From Thermomicrobiales bacterium (GTDB lineage: Bacteria; Chloroflexota; Chloroflexia; Thermomicrobiales; CADCWN01), in assembly GCA_030446685.1 (NCBI GenBank), contig JAUJMV010000002.1:140878-204877 (forward strand): 64,000 nt of DNA, given 5' to 3'. Position 1 is the first letter of the stretch. Each line of letters starts with the position of its first letter. The translations under genes and the position numbers were made by a program. The notes below the pieces were generated by a model, which had not been told where the DNA came from, made no database searches, and was given only the letters and a program-made list of their open reading frames with translations. Below, piece by piece: positions 56,730-64,000 of the stretch.

Positions 56730-57677
56730 ATGACGCGCCAGGTCTGGACGTTCAGCTCGCCGCTCGAGGACCCGCGCTTCGCGTGGCTGGACAAGCTGGC
56801 CGAGCCGCTGCAACAGGCCGCGCACGACGCCTTCGCGGGCGATGCCGGCAAGACGGTCAAGAACTGGCTGAATGGCGTGCCGATCCGCCACCGGGTCCAC
56901 CCGGCGCTGATCATCTGGCCGCTCGGGGCCTGGACGACGGCGGCGCTGCTCGATCTGCTCGATGGCGTCTCCCCCGGTGGGAACAGCAACGGCTACCGGA
57001 AGGGGGCCGACGCGGCGGTCGCGTTCGGGATCATCGGCGCGCTGCCGACCGCCGCCGCCGGGGTGGCCGACTGGGTCGACACCTACGCGCACGAGCGGCG
57101 GGTCGGGATGGCGCACGCCCTGCTCAACGTCGCCGCGCTGGGCCTCTACGGGGCGTCGTTCGGCCTGCGCCTGGCCGGGCAGCGCGGGATGGCGCGGGCG
57201 CTGGCGGGGCTGGGCTTCGGCGGCATCATGATGAGCGGCGTCCTCGGCGGCGAGCTCGTCTACAACCTCGGCGTCAATGTCCCGCACCAGACCACGCCGG
57301 AGCCGCCGGACGAGTTCGTCGACGTCCTCGCCGGCGCCGATCTGCCCGAGGGCAAGCCGGTCGTCGTCGACGTCGAGAAGGCCCCAATCCTGCTGCTGCG
57401 GCGCGGGGAGGAGATCTTCGCGGTCGAGAACTGGTGCCAGCACGCCGGCGGCCCCCTCTCCGAGGGCGAGATCGAGGGCGACGAGGTCGTCTGTCCCTGG
57501 CACGGATCGCGCTTCTGCCTCGCCGACGGCCGGCCGCTCAATGGCCCGGCGTCGGCGCCGTTGCGCACCTTCGAGGTGCGCGAGCAGGGCGGGCGGATCG
57601 CGCTGCGCCCGAGCTATGAGGGCCGCGCGCACCCGTCGGTCTCGGAGCAGTCGGAGTCGGTCGCCGCCGGCGGATAG
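56730..57677 (+). CDS. DUF2231-like membrane domain fused to a Rieske [2Fe-2S] domain
   Basis: CQHAGGPL...CPWHGSRF (CxH...CxxH), N-terminal TM helices, GGGAGG RBS. Confidence 0.8.
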   Translation: MTRQVWTFSSPLEDPRFAWLDKLAEPLQQAAHDAFAGDAGKTVKNWLNGVPIRHRVHPALIIWPLGAWTTAALLDLLDGVSPGGNSNGYRKGADAAVAFGIIGALPTAAAGVADWVDTYAHERRVGMAHALLNVAALGLYGASFGLRLAGQRGMARALAGLGFGGIMMSGVLGGELVYNLGVNVPHQTTPEPPDEFVDVLAGADLPEGKPVVVDVEKAPILLLRRGEEIFAVENWCQHAGGPLSEGEIEGDEVVCPWHGSRFCLADGRPLNGPASAPLRTFEVREQGGRIALRPSYEGRAHPSVSEQSESVAAGG

Positions 57678-57938
57678 CGCCGTACGTGCGTGACCGGGGC
57701 GGGGGCAGGGACGAGGACGCGGGGCGACAAGCTCCACGCCCTCGTCCCTATCTGTGCGGAGGGAGCGCCCTCGCCGGACAGTCCTGGCGTCCGCTGTGTA
57801 TAATGTTCCCATCGCGCCGCGTGGCCGTGACCGCTGGTGTCTACTCGCCACCGCCGCGATCTGTCGAGCACGGGCCGGGGGCCGGCAGCCGCCGATACGG
57901 CGACGCCGCCACGCGGGATGCAGGAAAGGATCGCCGCC

Positions 57939-58886
57939 ATGCACGTCGCCCACCTCCCCTACGCCTACTTCGAGGGCCGGATCGTGCCGCTCGAGGAGGC
58001 CAAGGTCAGCGTCGCCACCCACGCGCTGCAGTACGGCACCGGGGTCTTCGGCGGCATCCGCGGCTACCTCGACCAGGACGGCAGCACGATCAACATCTTC
58101 CGCCTGCGCGACCACTTCACGCGCTTCGCGCAGTCGGCCGGGCTGATCAAGATCGGCCTGCCGCTCGACCTCGACGGCCTCTGCGACCTGGCGGTCGAGC
58201 TGACGCGCAAGAACCGCCCCACCGGCAACGTCTACTTCCGCCCCTTCGCCTACAAGGCGGGGCTCGACCTCGGCCCGACCCTGACCGGCGTGGACGACGG
58301 CTTCACCGTCTACATGCTGCCGCTCGGCGACTACTACGCCGCGCCGAACGGCCTCTCGGTGATGGTGTCGTCCTGGCAGCGGATCAGCGACAACGCGATC
58401 CCGGCGCGCGGCAAGGTCTCCGGGGCCTACATCAACTCCTCGATCACCAAGGATGAGGCGCAGGGCTACGGCTTCGACGAGGCGATCCTGCTCAACACGC
58501 GCGGCAAGGTCAGCGAGGGGAGCGCCTGCAACCTGATGCTGGTCCGCAACGGCCGGCTGATCACCCCGCCGGTCACCGCCGACATCCTCGAGGGGATCAC
58601 CCGGCGCTCGGTGCTCCAACTGGCGGACGACCTGGGCATCCCGGTCGAGGAGCGCGAGGTGGACCGCACCGAGCTGTACGTCGCCGACGAGCTCTTCTTC
58701 TGCGGCACCGGCGTCCAGGTGACCTGGATCGGCCAGGTCGACAAGCGCCCGGTCGGCGACGGACGCCCCGGCCCGATCACCACGCAGTTGCAGGGTCGCT
58801 TCTTCGACATCGTGCAAGGCCGGGCGCCGGAGTACGCCGACTGGCTGACGCGCGTGGCGATCCCGGCGGCGGTCGCGGCGGACTAG
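57939..58886 (+). CDS. ilvE: branched-chain amino acid aminotransferase (fold type IV)
   Basis: ALQYGTGVFGGIRGY, RGKVSGAYINSSITKDEA and EGSACNLMLV. Confidence 0.85.
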   Translation: MHVAHLPYAYFEGRIVPLEEAKVSVATHALQYGTGVFGGIRGYLDQDGSTINIFRLRDHFTRFAQSAGLIKIGLPLDLDGLCDLAVELTRKNRPTGNVYFRPFAYKAGLDLGPTLTGVDDGFTVYMLPLGDYYAAPNGLSVMVSSWQRISDNAIPARGKVSGAYINSSITKDEAQGYGFDEAILLNTRGKVSEGSACNLMLVRNGRLITPPVTADILEGITRRSVLQLADDLGIPVEEREVDRTELYVADELFFCGTGVQVTWIGQVDKRPVGDGRPGPITTQLQGRFFDIVQGRAPEYADWLTRVAIPAAVAAD

Positions 58887-58888
58887 GC

Positions 58889-58995
58889 GGGGTCGAAGGT
58901 TGAAGGTTCGGGGTTGAAGGTTACCGTCGGTACGCGGGACTCCTCCTTCACCCAGACCCGGCAACTTTCAACCTTGAACCTTCAACCTTCAACCC
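58889..58995. repeat. heptamer-array hairpin, unit GAAGGTT, 34-nt spacer
   Basis: ggtcgaa ggttgaa ggttcgg ggttgaa ggttacc versus ggcaact ttcaacc ttgaacc ttcaacc ttcaacc. Starts 3 nt after the ilvE stop and ends 17 nt before the next start. Confidence 0.9.
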
Positions 58996-59011
58996 GGCGG
59001 GCGGAGCAAGG

Positions 59012-59455
59012 ATGCTGGACGAGACGATTCGCGAGCAGGAGGCGCTGCGGCCGGCGGGCGAGCGGCGGGGACGCAAGGAGGGCCGGTCGGTGACGGTGAT
59101 CGCGTTGTTGCTGGCGGGCATCAGCCTGTCGGTGGTCGGCGAGTTGCTGCTGAAGCACGGGATGAACCGCTTCGGCGTCCTCGACCTCAGCCCCGCCACG
59201 CTGATTCCCACGCTGTTCCGGGTCTTCACGCAGCCGGCGGTCTTCTTCGGTTTCGTCCTGATCTTCAGCGCCTCGATCTTCTGGCTGGCGGTCCTCTCGC
59301 GCGCCAACCTGTCGTTCGCCTACCCGATGCTGGCGTTGGGCTACGTCGTCACCGCGCTCCTCTCGCGCGTCGTCTTCAACGAGGTGATCAGCCCGACCCG
59401 CTGGGCGGGCATCCTCGTGATCTGCCTCGGTGTGGTCCTCGTCGCGCGGCAGTAA
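59012..59455 (+). CDS. small DMT-superfamily (EamA/ArnE-like) membrane protein
   Basis: Four hydrophobic spans, e.g. VIALLLAGISLSVVGELLLKHGM. Confidence 0.6.
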   Translation: MLDETIREQEALRPAGERRGRKEGRSVTVIALLLAGISLSVVGELLLKHGMNRFGVLDLSPATLIPTLFRVFTQPAVFFGFVLIFSASIFWLAVLSRANLSFAYPMLALGYVVTALLSRVVFNEVISPTRWAGILVICLGVVLVARQ

Positions 59456-59471
59456 CTCCCGGAGGTGCGTG

Positions 59472-60020
59472 ATGGCACTGGCGAAGCCGGCCGGCGGCTG
59501 GACCTACGACGACCTCTTCAAGCTACCAGACGGCAAGCACTACGAGATCATCGACGGGGAGCTGTACGAGATGCCGCCGCCTAACTGGGAACATGGACAG
59601 GTGATCATGAACCTTATCAGGCTGCTGCTCCCCGTAGTGGAACGGATCGGCGGTTACCTGCATACCGCGCCCCAGGGCGTGTTCATGCCCGGCGCCGATC
59701 CGGTCGAGCCCGACCTCTTCCTGCTGCTGCCGGAGCAGCAGCACCTGATCAGCCGTCGGGGCGTTGAGGGCGCGCCGGCGCTGGTGGTCGAGGTGCTGAG
59801 CCCGAGCAACCCCAGGCACGACCAGATCACCAAGCGCGCCCTATACGCCCGCGGCGGGGTGGCGGAGTACTGGATCGTCAGCCCGGAGGCGGCGACGGTC
59901 GAGATCCTGGTGCTGGAGGGGGGCGCCTACCGGACCCATCTGCGGGCTGGCGGCGACGAGCCGGTGACCTCCCCGCTCCTGCCGGATCTCACGTTCCCGG
60001 CGTCGGCGGCCTTCCGCTAG
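59472..60020 (+). CDS. Uma2 family (DUF820) endonuclease
   Basis: YEIIDGELYEMPPPNWEHGQ...PALVVEVLSPSN...KRALYARGGVAEYWIV. Confidence 0.8.
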   Translation: MALAKPAGGWTYDDLFKLPDGKHYEIIDGELYEMPPPNWEHGQVIMNLIRLLLPVVERIGGYLHTAPQGVFMPGADPVEPDLFLLLPEQQHLISRRGVEGAPALVVEVLSPSNPRHDQITKRALYARGGVAEYWIVSPEAATVEILVLEGGAYRTHLRAGGDEPVTSPLLPDLTFPASAAFR

Positions 60021-60222
60021 ACCGGGCGCGCGATCAGGTCCGCCTGGTATCCGGGCTATCCCCGCCGGCACCGGCGGTGATCACTGGTGGCGCCTTCGAC
60101 ATCCCCCCTCCATCGCAGCGCGCCCCAGCCGGCGATGCGCGCGACGGCGACGGCCGACAGGAGGCGGACCATGCCCCCGACCAGCGCGACCGCCCGCAGC
60201 GCCCCGGCGCGACGGCCTGACC

Positions 60223-61256
60223 TTGCGCCTCCAGCTCCCCAAAAGCACCTTCCTCGCCGGGGAGGGCGGGCAGGCCGAGATCACGCTGCGCAACGACAGC
60301 GACGAGCCGGTGGCCCTGGCGGGGAGCATGCGCTTCGGCTGGGGCGGCGTGCTGCTGCTGGACGAGCGGGGGCAGCGGCCCATCTCCTGGCCCTGGGCGT
60401 CGTCGGGGCGGGGCGGCCCGCCGCGCCAGACGACCGTCGCCCCCGGCCAGGAAGTCCGCGCGGCGGGCCGCTTCCAGACCCCGCCGGCGGAACAGGCCCC
60501 GGGGCACGCCTACACCCTCCGGGCGCCGGTCAGCTTCATCCACCCCGCACCGCGGGACGGCGCGTATACCGACTGGTCGCACCTGGCCGCGACGCTCCCG
60601 CTGCGGGTGACGCGGCCCGTTCCCGCGCAACGGCTCCAAGCCCGGTTGGAGGCGGATCGAACCGGTTGGCGGTTGCAAGTGACCGACGCCGCGGGCCGGA
60701 CGCCACCCGGCCTGCTGTGGGGCGCGGTGGAGATCGAGGCGTACAGATTGAGCAGCGGCGGGCCGCTGCCCGAGAGCAGCGACGGACGCTGGTCCGAGCC
60801 CTGGGTCGACTACGCGATTGCCGCGCAGAGCCCCATTACCATCCGCGTTTGGGCGGCAGCGCCCGGCTTCGTCATCGCCGTCGCGACGCAGACCGTCCCG
60901 GCGCCGCCGCTGCGGCGCGAGCGTTCCTCCGAAGGCCGACGCAGCGGCCATCACCGGGCCTGCGGCCCTTGGCGGGGTCCATCCGCCGCGCGCCCCAACC
61001 ATGACCAGATCGAGTGCGCGGCGCGGCTGGTGGCCGGGCGGAGCGTGACGGAGAGGCGCGGGGGCTTTGGGATGCGCCGGGTGTCCTGGCGGAGGCCGCC
61101 GCCGATCTCGGTGTGGACCCGGCGAGTGGCCCGGATGCCGGGCAGGCCGTCTGGGTGGTGGAACTCGACAGCCGCAGCGCTGTTGGCGCCGTAGTGGTGC
61201 TGGACGGGGAGACCGGCGAACCGCTCCTGGTGCTGGAGCGGCAACCGGCGCCCTGA
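60223..61256 (+). CDS. hypothetical beta-rich protein with a possible PepSY-like C-terminus; start unknown, at least 2 apparent frameshifts near 60900-61020
   Basis: LQLPKSTFLAGEGGQAEITLRNDSDEPVALAGS... in ORF 60223..61194. C-terminus AVWVVELDSRSAVGAVVVLDGETGEPLLVLE in ORF 61014..61256. Confidence 0.35.
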
Positions 61257-61260
61257 CGGG

Positions 61261-62061
61261 GTGACCATGCTGCCTTTGCCGGACGAACTCCTCGCGCACA
61301 CCGGTCCAATTCGCTCCGTCGAGCAACCGGCGCAGGGCCTGAGCTTCGAGGTCCATTTCCTCGAGGCCGAGCGCGGGCGTTTCGTGCTGAAGATCGGCGC
61401 GACCCCGGACAAGATCACCGAACTCGCCGACGAGGCGCGCGTCCTGCGGCGGCTGCGCGACAAGGTTCCCTTCGTCGCGCAGCCGCTCGGGCAGGCGGTC
61501 GCCGGTGGGCGCGGGCTGTTCCTCTTCACCCACGTCGAGGGGGAGACCCTGCTCGACGCGCTGGGGCGCGAGGACACCGCCGGGCGCCACCGGCTGATCG
61601 CGCGGGCCGCCGAGACGCTGCGCGCGGTCCACGGCTGGACGCCGGACCTGCCCCGGCCCGCCGACTGGCTCGGCGACGCGCTGGACCGGGCCGCGCGCAA
61701 CGTGGCGACCGGCGCGGTCCCCGATCCGATCCCCGCCCGCTACGACTTCGCCGGCGCCGACCCGCGCGCGCTGTTGGATGAACTGCTGGCCGGGCGCGCG
61801 GCGGTCGCCCCCGATATTGTCTTCGGGCACGGCGACCCCTGCCTGCCGAACCTGCTCGCGCGCGACGGGGCCGTCAGCGGGCTGGTCGATTGGTCGCGCG
61901 GCGGCTACGCCGACCGGCGCTACGATCTTGTGACGGCGCTCTGGAGCATCGGCCACAACCTGGGGGGCGCCTGCTACGGGCAGACCTTTCTCCGCGCCTA
62001 CGGCTATGACGGGCCGCGCGAGGGCCTGCGGTACTTCCAGAAGCTGTACGTGCTGCTCTGA
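61261..62061 (+). CDS. aminoglycoside phosphotransferase (APH(3')-like) family protein
   Basis: IVFGHGDPCLPNLL and LVDWSRGGYADRRYDL. Intact. The start may be the ATG at 61267. Confidence 0.8.
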   Translation: MTMLPLPDELLAHTGPIRSVEQPAQGLSFEVHFLEAERGRFVLKIGATPDKITELADEARVLRRLRDKVPFVAQPLGQAVAGGRGLFLFTHVEGETLLDALGREDTAGRHRLIARAAETLRAVHGWTPDLPRPADWLGDALDRAARNVATGAVPDPIPARYDFAGADPRALLDELLAGRAAVAPDIVFGHGDPCLPNLLARDGAVSGLVDWSRGGYADRRYDLVTALWSIGHNLGGACYGQTFLRAYGYDGPREGLRYFQKLYVLL

Positions 62062-62216
62062 TCGTCCGCAACGCATGCCGCGATAGGTCTCGGTTGGCGC
62101 ACAGCGGGGTTGTGCGCGCGGCAATAGGTGTCGCGCACGCCCATTCCTTGCCCTTTTCCTCGTTGTGCAATGTGACGAAATCGCTGTTCGGACCCCACAA
62201 AGTGTACCCGAGACAC

Positions 62217-62245
62217 TTGACAGCCCCTCCCACGCTCCCTATACT
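62217..62245 (+). promoter_or_regulatory. sigma70-like promoter candidate, TTGACA-17-TATACT
   Basis: TTGACA at 62217-62222 and TATACT at 62240-62245, upstream of the GntR gene. Confidence 0.5.
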
Positions 62246-62251
62246 CATGCT

Positions 62252-62265
62252 GAATGTTGACATTC
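62252..62265. promoter_or_regulatory. GAATGT-tg-ACATTC palindrome (GntR-type operator candidate)
   Basis: Perfect 6-bp arms containing the GT...AC core typical of GntR-family operators, 7 nt downstream of the -10. Confidence 0.4.
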
Positions 62266-62298
62266 GGCATTGTGGTGGGAGCGGGGCGAAGGGGACCG

Positions 62299-63030
62299 AT
62301 GGCGACGCGGGAAGGGCTACAGCCGATGCTCTATACGCCCTTGCGGGATGAGGTCCTGGCGAGGTTGCGCCAGGCGCTGATCGGCGGCACCTTCACCGCC
62401 GGCGAGCGCATCCGCGAGGTCGAGCTGGCCGCGCGGCTCGGCGTCAGCCGCGGGACGCTGCGCGAGGCGCTGCGCCACCTGGAGCAGGAGGGCCTGATCG
62501 TCACCAACCCGCACCGCGGCACCTTCGTCGTCAACCCGAGCGACGAGGAGGTCGCGGAGATCTACGGCCTGCGGATCGCCCTCGAAGCGTACGCCGTCGA
62601 GCAGGCGGCCGGGCTGATGGTGCCCGAGGACATCGACGCGCTGCAAGCGGTCGTGGACGACCTCGCCGCGCTCGCCGCCACGGGACACGTCCGGTTCGCG
62701 CCGCGGCTGGGGCTTGACTTGCAGTTCCACGAGTTGATCTGCGAGGCCGCCGGCAACGCGCGCCTGCTGCGCACCTGGACCGAGTTGTGCGCCCCCCTCC
62801 GCGTCCTGCTGGCGACCTTCTCCGAACCGTTCCTCAGGTCGGAAGAGATCATCGATCAGCACCAGTACGTCGTGGACGCGCTGCGGCGCGGCGATCCGGT
62901 CGCCGCCCGCGACGAACTGACCCGGCACCTCACGCGCAGCAAGGAGCGGATGATCGCCACCATTCGAGCCAAACGAGAGCACGATGAGGCTCTCGGCTCC
63001 GGTGGCCCGCTGCTGATTCCCCGAGCGTAA
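62299..63030 (+). CDS. GntR family regulator with an FCD-type C-terminal domain
   Basis: EVELAARLGVSRGTLREALRHLEQEGLI. Confidence 0.85.
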   Translation: MATREGLQPMLYTPLRDEVLARLRQALIGGTFTAGERIREVELAARLGVSRGTLREALRHLEQEGLIVTNPHRGTFVVNPSDEEVAEIYGLRIALEAYAVEQAAGLMVPEDIDALQAVVDDLAALAATGHVRFAPRLGLDLQFHELICEAAGNARLLRTWTELCAPLRVLLATFSEPFLRSEEIIDQHQYVVDALRRGDPVAARDELTRHLTRSKERMIATIRAKREHDEALGSGGPLLIPRA

Positions 63031-63384
63031 CCCCAGCGCGGACAGCCACAGGACGGGAGCCGACCCATCAACGCTCGATGGGTCCCCCCCTGGCCGTCCG
63101 CCGCCCTCGCAGCGAGGCCGCGCGAGCCGCGGTCCGCACCCCCCGCCTCTGTCGGCAGCGTCGCCGCCCAGGAGCAATCGGTAACGCCGCCGATCCGGCA
63201 TCCGCCAACGCGCGCATGGTCGCGCGCGGCGACGTCAACCGGGCAACGAGGCCGATGAGACCGGACGCGCGGCGCCACCCCAACGGCCCCCCACACATGG
63301 GGACCCGGCGAACCTCTGTGTTCGCGGGACGGCCACCGGCGCCGCGGGTTCGCGGGCACTACTGCGGAGGAAAGGGAACCAGCC

Positions 63385-64000
63385 ATGTCCACGACCGAGC
63401 AGGGCCGGCGCGACCGGTGGGACCGGGTGGGTGAAGACCGGGGGCTCTACCGCACGGCCTACGAGCACGACGCCTGCGGCGTCGGCTTCGTCGCCGACAT
63501 CACGGGGCGTGCCGGGACGCGCGCCCTGGAGGGCGCCCTCCGCGCCCTCGACAACCTCGTCCACCGCGGCGCGGTCGGCGCCGACGCGCGGACCAGCGAC
63601 GGGGCCGGCGTCCTGACGCAGATCCCGACCCGCTTCTTCGGGGCGGTGCTGCCGGCCCTGGCCGGGCGCCCGGCGCCGGCGCTCGGGGAGATCGGTGTTG
63701 GGCAGTTCTTCCTGCCGGCGGACGCGGGGGCCGCGGCGCGCTGCCGGGCGATCGTCGAGGCGGCGGTCGCGCGGCAGGGGCTGCCCCTGCTCGGCTGGCG
63801 GGTCGTGCCGACCCGGCCGGAGGTGCTGGGCGACGAGGCGCGCGCGGCGCTGCCGCGGATCGAGCAGATCGTCGCCGGCCGGCCCGCGGGGGTGGCGCCC
63901 GACGAGTTCGAGCGGCGGCTGCTGCTGGCGCGGCGCGAGGCCGAGCGGGGCGCCGCGGCAGAGGACCTGGCGTGCTACGCCGTCTCCTTCTCGGCGCGGA
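63385..64000 (+). CDS. gltB: glutamate synthase large subunit, N-terminal ~205 codons (continues past the window end)
   Basis: Own translation gives MSTTEQGRRDRWDRVGEDRGLYRTAYEHDACGVGFVADITGRAGTRALEGALRALDNLVHRGAVGAD. This is the Ntn amidotransferase Cys-1 region. GGAGGAAAGGG RBS. Confidence 0.8.
   Translation, partial: MSTTEQGRRDRWDRVGEDRGLYRTAYEHDACGVGFVADITGRAGTRALEGALRALDNLVHRGAVGADARTSDGAGVLTQIPTRFFGAVLPALAGRPAPALGEIGVGQFFLPADAGAAARCRAIVEAAVARQGLPLLGWRVVPTRPEVLGDEARAALPRIEQIVAGRPAGVAPDEFERRLLLARREAERGAAAEDLACYAVSFSAR

Overview
This is a very GC-rich bacterial chromosomal window, above 70% GC by eye. The gene content looks Chloroflexota-like, but I could not verify that. I support about 65 protein-coding loci and found no rRNA, tRNA or CRISPR array.

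The recognisable content, in order:
- MarR regulator plus a DHA2-type MFS efflux pump.
- Two VapBC modules, a TacAT (DUF1778/GNAT) module and an orphan Phd/YefM antitoxin.
- A histidine phosphatase, DUF6285, phosphotransferase and acyl-CoA dehydrogenase group, followed by SDR and quinone-oxidoreductase genes.
- galK next to a carotenoid block (family 2 glycosyltransferase, crtI, UbiA-type prenyltransferase).
- AlkA-like glycosylase and glcF.
- A PadR operon carrying three paralogous genes of unknown function.
- An FbpABC-like ABC importer, fadD and an MBL hydrolase.
- A truncated MoxR ATPase followed by two tandem DUF58 + DUF4129 membrane-protein pairs, with an IS200-like Y1 transposase between the members of the second pair.
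- A CheY-like receiver, an M16 peptidase, a CinA-C/PncC-like gene and a MazG-methylase fusion.
- A SurA/PpiC-like lipoprotein, lepA, a Cof hydrolase and an alpha/beta hydrolase.
- A Rieske/DUF2231 protein, ilvE, two Uma2 endonucleases, an APH and a GntR regulator.
- The 5' end of gltB.

Four points stand out:
1. A dispersed family of intercistronic hairpins has arms made of tandem 7-nt repeats. The repeat unit differs at each locus. One arm lies next to a decayed four-helix-bundle (23S-IVS-protein family) gene.
2. The PadR operon encodes three paralogs of an uncharacterised domain.
3. Several segmental duplications are linked to repeat elements: the fadD 3' end, an SDR 3' end, and the cinA 5' end flanking the TacAT cassette.
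4. About 19 genes carry apparent frameshifts, several of them at G/C homopolymers. These may be assembly errors rather than real pseudogenes.

Most long ORFs in the six-frame track are GC-driven shadow frames, and I ignored them.
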